A stretch of 64,000 nucleotides of DNA from Patescibacteria group bacterium (GTDB taxonomy: Bacteria > Patescibacteriota > Patescibacteriia > UM-FILTER-42-10). The stretch's first letter is position 1, and every line of letters begins with the position of its first letter. This document shows positions 28,279 to 36,441 of the stretch, piece by piece. Under the pieces are notes generated by a model. It saw nothing but the letters and a program-made list of their open reading frames with translations, searched no databases and was not told the DNA's origin. The translations under genes and the position numbers were made by a program. The DNA lies in NCBI GenBank assembly GCA_041664365.1, contig JBAYKW010000001.1, positions 244,465-308,464 on the forward strand, in the 5' to 3' direction.

Positions 28279-29436
28279 TTATAGATTAGAAGATGTTTCT
28301 GATTCGTTCTTTTTTGGAGATTCACCAATTAATACATATCGTTTATCAGGAAGCTTTTTGAACTTTGATTTATCTGTTAACGCTAAATGGATTGTATTTT
28401 TTCTGACGACTCTCTGATCAAGCACGCGCCGTACTAATTCGTCTCTGGATAATGGTTCAGTGGATTTTTCCAGAATCTTTATTAACACATCAGAAACTAC
28501 GCCTGGTTTATACCCCCATTCCTGAAGCGCATAGATTCCCCTACCAACCAATACAAAGTCGCTGTTTAAAATAAGTTCATTGTGAACAGTCGGAGGATAT
28601 GCTTTCCGCCGGTCAAACTTTACCTTGTTAATAAGTTCTGTAATATCATTGAAATGCAACGGCTTACCTTCCTTTTTCAGTACAAGATATATTTTGTCTT
28701 TCATCCGTTTCGGATTAATTGTGCCCCATTTTGCCAATCCATACTCATCAAATGGATTGCTGTCTATTTTTTTGCACAATGTAATGTATGAATGAATACC
28801 TTCATCAGTCAGCACTTCGCTTTTATTGACAAAATATTCTGTTTTGTGAAACTTATACAGCAATTCATCCAATTTCATCGGTTTATTTTCTTTTTCAAGA
28901 ATCTGAACCAATTGATTTACCGCTTCATAAACGAAATCGAGCGATATCTGAGGAAGACTCCATGATTTATTTATAACATTTGATTCCGGAAAACGAATTA
29001 TTTTTTTTGATATCAGTTCTTCAAGGATAAATACCGCGCAATTGTTATTAATCGGATTATCTGACGCAAAATTCAACAGCTCTCTCAGCAGCGAGTTTTC
29101 GTCCATTATTCCCCCATTGCGGTTAAGTACATTTGAAATTGTGTGCTCAAATTCAGTTGAAACACGCGTAAACTCTCTCAAACTTTTTATTTTCTTAATA
29201 GCTGAATTTTCAATTTGTCTGATCCGCTCTCTTGTAACATTATAGGCCTTTCCAATTGCCTCTAGAGTTTCCTTTGCCTGTCCGCTTAAACCAAAACGAC
29301 GTCTTAAGACGTCTTCTTCTTTGTTTGTAAGGTATTTTAACAATGATGAAACCGTATCACTCGGGCTAAAACCTTCGATTTCTGCTTCTTGTTTTGAGCT
29401 TATTACCTTGTCTAATATTGAATTTTGATCTGTCAT
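28279..29436 (-). CDS. Protein with N-terminal sigma-70 region-4-like HTH and C-terminal HARE-HTH/winged-helix-like domain
   Basis: EDVLRRRFGLSGQAKETLEAIGKAYNVTRERIRQIENSAIKKIK matches the sigma-70 region 4.2 pattern; C-terminal FVLVGRGIYALQEWGY resembles the HARE-HTH (RNAP delta N-terminal) motif; no sigma region 2. Confidence 0.45.
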   Translation of the reverse strand: MTDQNSILDKVISSKQEAEIEGFSPSDTVSSLLKYLTNKEEDVLRRRFGLSGQAKETLEAIGKAYNVTRERIRQIENSAIKKIKSLREFTRVSTEFEHTISNVLNRNGGIMDENSLLRELLNFASDNPINNNCAVFILEELISKKIIRFPESNVINKSWSLPQISLDFVYEAVNQLVQILEKENKPMKLDELLYKFHKTEYFVNKSEVLTDEGIHSYITLCKKIDSNPFDEYGLAKWGTINPKRMKDKIYLVLKKEGKPLHFNDITELINKVKFDRRKAYPPTVHNELILNSDFVLVGRGIYALQEWGYKPGVVSDVLIKILEKSTEPLSRDELVRRVLDQRVVRKNTIHLALTDKSKFKKLPDKRYVLIGESPKKNESETSSNL

Positions 29437-29465
29437 AATTGTTGTTAACTAACTGTAATACCTTT

Positions 29466-29494
29466 AGTATAGCATAAGGTTGAATATGTGTCAA
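29466..29494 (-). promoter_or_regulatory. Sigma-70-type promoter (TTGACA-17-TATACT) for the HTH/membrane/ATPase module
   Basis: Minus strand TTGACAcatattcaaccttatgcTATACT, about 30 nt upstream of the ATG at 29436. Confidence 0.5.
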
Positions 29495-29557
29495 GAAAGT
29501 GGTCCTAACAAAAAACCGACCAGCTAATAGATCAGTTTGATTTCATTTAATGCAATT

Positions 29558-30514
29558 CTATTTCCTTTTTGAAATATACTTCTGCCAGATTAATAAAAAT
29601 GGGCTGGCAACGAATATAGACGAATAAGTCCCGACTACTATACCTATGATTAACGCCAGAACAAAGAATTTAATAGATTCTCCACCGAATAAGTACAAGG
29701 CAACCAAAACCAGCAAGGTGGTAAATGAAGTGTTGATGGACCTGACTATTGTTTCATTTATTGCTATATTTATTGATGTTTCAAAATCATTATTGGAAAA
29801 CTTAATCAAACGTTCTCTTATTCGATCATAAACAACTATCGTATCATGGACAGAGAAACCAAGAATTGTAAGTAAGGCAGTTACGAATAGCGCATCTACC
29901 TGCACATCCAGGAAGTAACCGAGAGCAGCAAATACCCCAGTCACAATTATAATATCATGTGCAAGCGCGATGATTGCGCAGATGCCAAATACATACGCCG
30001 GCACCGGACCGCCGGAAATCTTTCTGAATGCCCAGGATAAATATACAATAATAGCGCCCATTACTATCAGTAGTGCGATAATCGATTTCTGCCGTAATTC
30101 TTTTCCAATAGTTGGTCCAATTGATTCAAATGATATCTCCTCAACTGCCCCAAATTTTTCATTTAAAGATACCAGAATTTCCTCTCTTTGACTGTTTTCA
30201 ATCGTTTTCATCCGGATCAAAACCTCTTGATCTTTCACCGGTTGAACTACTAATTCACCCAAATCAAACCCCTGCAGATTTCCCTGAATATCCTGAATAG
30301 TTGGCCTATCACCTTCGAATTTCACCTGCAATAACGATCCCCCATTAAAATCAATTCCGAGTTTCAAACCACCCATAGACAGAAATACAATACTTGCAGC
30401 GACTAATATCCCTGATATCGCGAACCAAATTTTTCTTGTTCCTATTATGTTGTACATATTATTCCTGATTTTTAACTCCAAATAACCAAAGTCTTTTCCA
30501 TTTTTTGATTGCAA
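29558..30514 (-). CDS. secF: Protein-export membrane protein SecF
   Basis: GIDFNGGSLLQV periplasmic motif plus a 6-TM C-terminal half; overlaps the secD 3' end. Confidence 0.85.
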   Translation of the reverse strand: MQSKNGKDFGYLELKIRNNMYNIIGTRKIWFAISGILVAASIVFLSMGGLKLGIDFNGGSLLQVKFEGDRPTIQDIQGNLQGFDLGELVVQPVKDQEVLIRMKTIENSQREEILVSLNEKFGAVEEISFESIGPTIGKELRQKSIIALLIVMGAIIVYLSWAFRKISGGPVPAYVFGICAIIALAHDIIIVTGVFAALGYFLDVQVDALFVTALLTILGFSVHDTIVVYDRIRERLIKFSNNDFETSINIAINETIVRSINTSFTTLLVLVALYLFGGESIKFFVLALIIGIVVGTYSSIFVASPFLLIWQKYISKRK

Positions 30515-32126
30515 CTATTCTTAAAAATGTTCTGCTTACTGTTATTGCGGAAAACATACTAAGCAATATTCCGATCGCCAAGGTTATCGCAAATCCTTTT
30601 ATTGAGCTGGTTCCAAACCAAATCAGAATCAAGCAGGTTATGAGCGATGATACATTGGAATCCCGGATTGATGGCCATGCGCGTTTGAAACCGTCCTCAA
30701 TTGCGCTTAATATCGGCTTACCTGCCCTCAATTCTTCTTTCATACGTTCAAATATTAAAACATTTGCGTCTACTGCCATGCCGATAGAAAGTATAAACCC
30801 GGCAATACCAGCAAGGGTCAGTGTTACGGGCCACAATTTAAAAGTTGCCAGAACAAGTAACGCATAAACCCCTAGAGCAAGGACTGATAATAAACCCGGC
30901 AATCGATAATATATAATCATAAACAATGCCACCAATAATATTCCGAGTATCCCCGCAAACATACTCCGTTCAACTGAGGTCTGTCCCAAGGTAGCGCCAA
31001 TATTTTGCTGGTTTAACAAGGATATCGGTATCGGCAAAGCACCGGAATTTAGTCTTCGGGTTAAGATTTTTGCTTCCTCCAGGGTAAAACTGCCGGATAT
31101 TACAGCCTCGCCGGATGTTATTTCCGCCTGAACGACCGGGATACTGATCGGAGCATTATCTAAATATATCGCAACCGGTTTCCCTAAATTGCGCTTTGTT
31201 ATTTCTGCGAATAATGTTTTTCCCTCATCATTAAATTTAAGGCTGATTTCCGGTTCGGCCGTGGACTGGTTGAACTGAACCTGCGCGGAAGCTAAATGTT
31301 TTCCTGATAAACCGGTATTTTCGTAATTTGACGCTGCCGCCGCCTCTTCAGATTGTGTTAATATCAGAATATGACGTGCTTTAGCTTTTTCTTCTTCAAG
31401 ACCTTCTGCGTTAACGCTCGATGTGAGACTTTCAACCTTGATTATATGATAGCCGTACTGGGTTTTAACCAATTCCGGATAAACCTTACCGACCTCAGCC
31501 TTACCGAATACAACTTCATCAAATTCCGGTACCATCGCTCCACGACCAAATTCACCTAAATCCCCGCCATTCTTTGAAGATGATCCCTCGCTTTTTTCAT
31601 CCGCAAGTGTTGCAAAATCATTGGCATCATCTAAAGCGGACAACAGTACTTCTTCTGCCCTGATTTTTGCATCGGCATTATATGCTTCCATTGCCTGAGT
31701 TTGCTCTTCGTTCAGTTCCGGTGTTTTTTGCTCTCTAAATTCAAGCAGTGGCGTCTCCCCAATCATTTGAATTGCCTGTGATACATCGGTTACACCGGGA
31801 AGTTCAACGATTACGCGGTACTCGTCTCCAGATTTATTGGTTTGCACAACCGGTTCCGAAACACCAAAGGAATTCACCCTTCGCTCTATAACATCACGAA
31901 CCCCTTCAATTGCATCTGGTCTTTCTGCGGACGGAATATCAGATGTATCAGCTTTATATACTAAATGAGTTCCACCCTGCAAATCTAAGCCAAGGTGAAC
32001 TTTAATCTCTTTAAAATAGTTTCCAATTCTTATATTCGGACCTTTTGGCCAATCTGTGAAACCAGCTAATACTGCCAAAACGACAATAAGGAGTAGATTC
32101 AGCCACAGTTTTTTTCGAATTGCCAT
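30459..32126 (-). CDS. secD: Protein-export membrane protein SecD with embedded parvulin-type PPIase domain
   Basis: SecD motifs LGLDLQGG, PLLEFRE, LGKPVAIYLDNAPISIPVVQAEITSGEAVISGSF and the TM bundle. Between PLLEFREQ and the GKPVAI block lies about 100 aa with GGDLGEFGRGAMVPEFDEVVFGKAEVGKVYPELVKTQYGYHIIKV, a close match to PpiC-type rotamase. Confidence 0.8.
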   Translation of the reverse strand: MAIRKKLWLNLLLIVVLAVLAGFTDWPKGPNIRIGNYFKEIKVHLGLDLQGGTHLVYKADTSDIPSAERPDAIEGVRDVIERRVNSFGVSEPVVQTNKSGDEYRVIVELPGVTDVSQAIQMIGETPLLEFREQKTPELNEEQTQAMEAYNADAKIRAEEVLLSALDDANDFATLADEKSEGSSSKNGGDLGEFGRGAMVPEFDEVVFGKAEVGKVYPELVKTQYGYHIIKVESLTSSVNAEGLEEEKAKARHILILTQSEEAAAASNYENTGLSGKHLASAQVQFNQSTAEPEISLKFNDEGKTLFAEITKRNLGKPVAIYLDNAPISIPVVQAEITSGEAVISGSFTLEEAKILTRRLNSGALPIPISLLNQQNIGATLGQTSVERSMFAGILGILLVALFMIIYYRLPGLLSVLALGVYALLVLATFKLWPVTLTLAGIAGFILSIGMAVDANVLIFERMKEELRAGKPILSAIEDGFKRAWPSIRDSNVSSLITCLILIWFGTSSIKGFAITLAIGILLSMFSAITVSRTFLRIVAIKKWKRLWLFGVKNQE

Positions 32127-32161
32127 ATTAATCGCACTAATGCTAATTAAACGATGTAGAG

Positions 32162-32190
32162 ATTATACACAAAAATACTATAATCATCAA
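32162..32190 (-). promoter_or_regulatory. Sigma-70-type promoter (TTGATG-17-TATAAT) for secD-secF
   Basis: Minus strand TTGATGattatagtatttttgtgTATAAT about 35 nt upstream of the secD ATG. Confidence 0.4.
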
Positions 32191-32200
32191 CTAAATATCA

Positions 32201-33610
32201 TTAGTCATGAATAATCACCGAAATTCCTAGATTTGCCCATTGATAAAGCCACGCTGAATCCTTACGTGACATATTTACACAGCCGTGGCTCATTCGATGG
32301 CCAAAATTGTTATGCCAGTACGTACCGTGAATTGTATAAGCACCGTTAAATGACAAAACGTACGGAACATCTTCAAGATCATAATTGTCCGGATTATCAG
32401 GGCCATAAAACCAGCTCATATCCGTGGATTCCCGCTTTCGGAAAACCTTGAATTCACCGGTCGGTGTATCAAATTTCCCTTTTAATCCGGATGAAATTAA
32501 AAATGATTTAATTAATTTGTCATTTTCGTATGCATACAATTTCTGATCGGTAAGATTGACCTCGATATATTTATACAAGTCCATTCTACTTTCGTATGTC
32601 CACGTGCTCGGGACTGTAATAATATCATCTTCGCCATCACCTGTTATATCGCCGCTTGCGAGGTTTACACCTCCTCTAAAATCTTTTTCATATGCAAAAA
32701 AATCACCGGATAGCAATTTCCCATACGCTTCAAATATTCTGATGTGCGGACCGCCGGCTCTGGTTGGTGCAACTATTACTTCATCAAACCCGTCATTATC
32801 GATATCACCGGCCGATACTCTTACCCCGCCTTTATAATTATCCGGGAATGCTTCAAAATCCCCCAACACTGATCTTTGCTTATTGTATTTATAAACCTTG
32901 GTCCATGCTTTACCAAATTTTTCCACAGCCATGACGATTTCTTCTTCCGGACCACCGTCAAAGTTACCGACTGCAATTGACACACCCCCTCTATCATTTG
33001 ACCTGAACGGAAAGAAATCAATTCCCTCAAAATCGCCCTTAAAATTAAACACGCGCACGTGAGCTCCTCCTGAGGATCCCGGCGCCGCGACTATCTCATC
33101 CTTTCCATCGCCATCGACATCACCAACAGCTACGTTTACACCGCCAAGCATATTGTTAGCAAAAGCAAAAAAACCGGATGTAAACTTAGGTTTCCCAGAA
33201 ATATCAAATATTCTGACATGCGGTCCTCCTCCCGCTCCGGTTCCTGTTACAATCTCTATCGAACCATCTCCGTTTAAATCACCGCATGCCACTGTTATCC
33301 CGCTTCTGAATGTATCCGCATAAGCGAGGAAACTGGTAACTTTAGTAGAATAAGGCCAGATAATTTTAACATTTGGCTCTGCCCCCGGACCGGAACCTAC
33401 TATTATCTCATTTTTACCGTTATCATCTACATCACATGAAGCCACGGATAAACCCCCGGCATAATCGTTCGAATACATATTTAAGTTTCTTTTCATCTGT
33501 CCACTGGCATCAAAAACACGTATTTCAGGTAACCGTGTTTTGGTATAAGCAAGGGATATTGATGGAATTGTTATGAATACAACTGCAATGAATAATATTT
33601 TCTTTATCAT
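32201..33610 (-). CDS. Secreted FG-GAP repeat beta-propeller protein fused to a C-terminal L,D-transpeptidase (YkuD) domain
   Basis: Signal peptide; six to seven repeats of type GD(V/I)DGDGxDE(I/V)... GGPHVR(I/V)F; C-terminus TPTGEFKVF ... IHGTYWHNNFGHRMSHGCVNM. Confidence 0.65.
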   Translation of the reverse strand: MIKKILFIAVVFITIPSISLAYTKTRLPEIRVFDASGQMKRNLNMYSNDYAGGLSVASCDVDDNGKNEIIVGSGPGAEPNVKIIWPYSTKVTSFLAYADTFRSGITVACGDLNGDGSIEIVTGTGAGGGPHVRIFDISGKPKFTSGFFAFANNMLGGVNVAVGDVDGDGKDEIVAAPGSSGGAHVRVFNFKGDFEGIDFFPFRSNDRGGVSIAVGNFDGGPEEEIVMAVEKFGKAWTKVYKYNKQRSVLGDFEAFPDNYKGGVRVSAGDIDNDGFDEVIVAPTRAGGPHIRIFEAYGKLLSGDFFAYEKDFRGGVNLASGDITGDGEDDIITVPSTWTYESRMDLYKYIEVNLTDQKLYAYENDKLIKSFLISSGLKGKFDTPTGEFKVFRKRESTDMSWFYGPDNPDNYDLEDVPYVLSFNGAYTIHGTYWHNNFGHRMSHGCVNMSRKDSAWLYQWANLGISVIIHD

Positions 33611-33640
33611 GCCTACATTGTATCAAAACCTTTCAAAATA

Positions 33641-33670
33641 AAAAAGGAGTGTCTTACACCCCTTTTTTTT
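33641..33670 (-). terminator. Rho-independent terminator after the small acidic ORF
   Basis: Minus strand AAAAGGGGTGtaagaCACTCCTTTTTT: bulged GC-containing stem followed by a U-run. Confidence 0.5.
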
Positions 33671-33678
33671 AGATCAAA

Positions 33679-34017
33679 TTATTCCATCCATTCCTTTGTT
33701 GCATCTCTGTATGGATCCTTTGCCTCAAGTTTGTCCTTAATTCTTAATAAAAGACTTGTCACCCCCTCATCATCAAACATCCCATACGCTCCATTTACTG
33801 CCTCAACAAGCTCAGGATTAAGCTCAGCTGATATATCAGCTTCTAGCACTTGCTCTAATTGGGGCACTAGTGCCGCCTCAAGTCTCCTTAACTCAGGTTC
33901 ATTCCTTTGCAACGGATCCTCAATAGCCCAACGATCCGTAATTTCATTTAACTTGTCACTTACTTCATGTATATCAACCCGTGGATTTGATATATCTAGT
34001 CTTGGTTCTCCCGGCAT
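33679..34017 (-). CDS. Small acidic cytoplasmic protein, unknown function
   Basis: 112 aa, Glu/Asp/Leu-rich, no TM; looks GC-richer than flanks; has its own downstream hairpin terminator. Confidence 0.4.
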   Translation of the reverse strand: MPGEPRLDISNPRVDIHEVSDKLNEITDRWAIEDPLQRNEPELRRLEAALVPQLEQVLEADISAELNPELVEAVNGAYGMFDDEGVTSLLLRIKDKLEAKDPYRDATKEWME

Positions 34018-34081
34018 TGTTTTAGAGATTAATTATTAGCTTATAATTTCATACTACTTTCAAAGAATAAATATTGCAAAT

Positions 34082-35509
34082 TTAGTCTTTAACTACCACT
34101 GTCGTCCCGACGTCCGCCCAGTTATACAATTTTTCTGCCGGACCAACGCCCAGTCTTACACAGCCATGGGAAACTCTGATACCAAGATGATTCTGACCTT
34201 CCTTATATCCATTTGCCCACTCAGGAAGCTCATGTAGACCGTAACCTCGTGCATCAAACTGCATCCAGAAAGGCATGTACAAATTATATTTGCCGGAATA
34301 CGCTCTACGGTTCTTATTTTGAATTTTAAATGTCCCAAGTGGTGTTGGCATTGACCACTTTCCTGTCGACACTACTGCAGTATCAACTAAATATCCTCTC
34401 TCATAATATTTCAATGTTTGTTCTGAAATATCAATTTCAATATATTTTTCAATATCTGTTCTGCCCTCAGTTGATCTTTTACTAGGCGCTACAATAATCT
34501 CATCTGACAAATCGTTGTTTAAGTCGCCGGCAGCAACGAATACACCCCCACGAAATTCGTCTTCATATGCAAAAATTGAATCTGAATGCGGTGCGCCATA
34601 TGCTTCGTAAATTCTCACATGCGATCCGCCACCTGTGTTCGCGGCGGCAATAACTTCATCAAACCCGTCTCCGTCAACATCTCCACTCGCGAGATTAATC
34701 CCACGTTTGAATGTTTCAGGAAAAGCTTTAAAATTTCCAATGACAGTTTTATTATCATTCATTTTATAAACTTTGACCCAAGCGTCATCTGATGACTGAA
34801 CACCAAATATTAATTCTTCTTTTGCACCACCGTCAACATTTCCACAGGCGACACTCAGTCCTCCCCGATAATCTGCTGTAAAAGGAAAAAAATCCATACC
34901 AGTAAAAGCACCGTCCTTTTCAAATACTCTCGCATGCGGTCCTCCCCCGGGTCCTGCACCGGTGACTATTTCTTTATCACCGTCTCCATCCACATCGCAG
35001 GTTGTGACATTTACACCTCCTCTGAAATCACCTTTGTAGGCAAAGAAACCCATTGTAAATTTTGGATTACCATTGCCGTCAAAAACTCGAACGTGCGGAG
35101 TTGCTCCTGATCTTGTACCGACAATTATTTCATCCTTACCATTTCCATCCAAATCTCCAGTTGTAATATTGATCCCTTTTTTATATTCGGCATCATACGC
35201 AAGAAAGCTGAAAATCATATTTCCGTTGGAATCAAATATTTTCACATGAGGACCGCCGCCAACACCCGGCGCAACGATAATTTCTTCTTCTTTATCTCCC
35301 CTAACATCACCGACGGCAACAGATGCACCGCCTTGGAATGATTCATCATATGCCATGAATGCTTTGTCTTCAGAATAGTCATCAGTTGAATACACCTTTA
35401 CTTCCGGAGATCTTGATTCCGTTGCAAAGACAATTCTGGGAATCAAAAAAACAGTACTTGCGAGTACTGCCAATACGAATAGATTGATTCTAATTTTTTG
35501 TTTTGTCAT
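34082..35509 (-). CDS. Secreted FG-GAP repeat beta-propeller protein fused to a C-terminal L,D-transpeptidase (YkuD) domain (paralog)
   Basis: Same architecture as 32201-33610: repeats GDVRGDKEEEIIVAPGVGGGPHVKIF etc.; C-terminus MPTPLGTFKIQ ... LHELPEW ... SHGCVRL. Confidence 0.65.
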   Translation of the reverse strand: MTKQKIRINLFVLAVLASTVFLIPRIVFATESRSPEVKVYSTDDYSEDKAFMAYDESFQGGASVAVGDVRGDKEEEIIVAPGVGGGPHVKIFDSNGNMIFSFLAYDAEYKKGINITTGDLDGNGKDEIIVGTRSGATPHVRVFDGNGNPKFTMGFFAYKGDFRGGVNVTTCDVDGDGDKEIVTGAGPGGGPHARVFEKDGAFTGMDFFPFTADYRGGLSVACGNVDGGAKEELIFGVQSSDDAWVKVYKMNDNKTVIGNFKAFPETFKRGINLASGDVDGDGFDEVIAAANTGGGSHVRIYEAYGAPHSDSIFAYEDEFRGGVFVAAGDLNNDLSDEIIVAPSKRSTEGRTDIEKYIEIDISEQTLKYYERGYLVDTAVVSTGKWSMPTPLGTFKIQNKNRRAYSGKYNLYMPFWMQFDARGYGLHELPEWANGYKEGQNHLGIRVSHGCVRLGVGPAEKLYNWADVGTTVVVKD

Positions 35510-35514
35510 TTTGT

Positions 35515-35646
35515 TTTTTGTTTTGGCTACTTCAATAATATAGAAATAGGCCAGAGATGGCCCGATATTTTCGATTTTTGTTTTCGAAATATATATTATT
35601 TTGAGGTCATCTCCGGCCTCTGTTTTTTATTTTTCTTTTTGTTTTG
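35515..35646. repeat. Periodic intergenic element: T-tract motif TTTTTGTTTT(G/C) at about 60-bp spacing with two GC-rich hairpins
   Basis: Motif copies at 35515, 35575 and 35636 (also 35495 inside the gene start); hairpins GGCCAgagaTGGCC (35549-35563) and GAGGtcatctccggCCTC (35603-35620), each followed by T-runs on the plus strand. Confidence 0.35.
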
Positions 35647-35688
35647 TAATGAACTATATATCTATATTAGCACATTTTTTGGCTTCTG

Positions 35689-36441
35689 TCAATGCTTTTT
35701 TCCGATATATACACCATTAAAGCCTTTACTGAAGCTGACTCGCTCCCCTTTTTTCAAGTAATATCTTTCTTGTGTTTCAAAATTATAATGCTTAGCTAAA
35801 TTCTCTATTTCACTTAATCTGAACGCGTGACAATACCGGTTTACAATTACTTTGCCATCGGGATTTTTCCACGGCTTTTCTGTGTCCAGGAAATCCAGTT
35901 TCGACTTACCTGCTATTTTTTTTATTATATTATTTACAATCAAATTTCTTCTGCTTTTTTCCCACATATTCCAATATGTCATTATGAACACTCCACCCTC
36001 TTTCAATACCCGTGCTATTTCTTTCACCGATTGCTTACGCAATTCGCGCGATGGAATGTGATACAAACTTGCGACCGCAAAAACTATATCAAATGACTGA
36101 TCAGCAAATGGCAATTCTGTTGCTGATGCTTTCATAAAACTATAGCTTGAAAGTGAACTGGTAATTTTTTCATCAGCATTTTCTTTGGCAATTTGAACCA
36201 GATTAGCAGAGGCATCTATTCCCACATAACTTACTCCGTATTTTGCCAGAAAATTTAGCAGCCTGCCATTTCCGCATCCGACATCCAATACAGAAGACCC
36301 TGTTTTTAAGTATTTCTCGAAATCATAAAACTCGTCCCAGTCTCGATAACGGGTTTGGGAGAAACGCTCAGCTATGCTATCATAATCGGACGCCACTTTT
36401 TCTAATATCGAATTTGCTGTATTCTTATCCATATGAATCAA
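35689..36441 (-). CDS. Class I SAM-dependent methyltransferase
   Basis: VLDVGCGNGRLL motif I and downstream motifs; alternative start at MDKNT (36432) would abut the divergent Elp3 start at 36433. Confidence 0.65.
   Translation of the reverse strand: MIHMDKNTANSILEKVASDYDSIAERFSQTRYRDWDEFYDFEKYLKTGSSVLDVGCGNGRLLNFLAKYGVSYVGIDASANLVQIAKENADEKITSSLSSYSFMKASATELPFADQSFDIVFAVASLYHIPSRELRKQSVKEIARVLKEGGVFIMTYWNMWEKSRRNLIVNNIIKKIAGKSKLDFLDTEKPWKNPDGKVIVNRYCHAFRLSEIENLAKHYNFETQERYYLKKGERVSFSKGFNGVYIGKKH

Noticed and set aside
35498-35761. 87-aa plus-strand ORF (MFCHFVFCFGYF...) across the repeat-containing intergenic region
   Set aside because: Composition is a translation of T-tracts (Phe/Cys/Leu-rich); it overlaps the start of the FG-GAP gene and the methyltransferase 3' end
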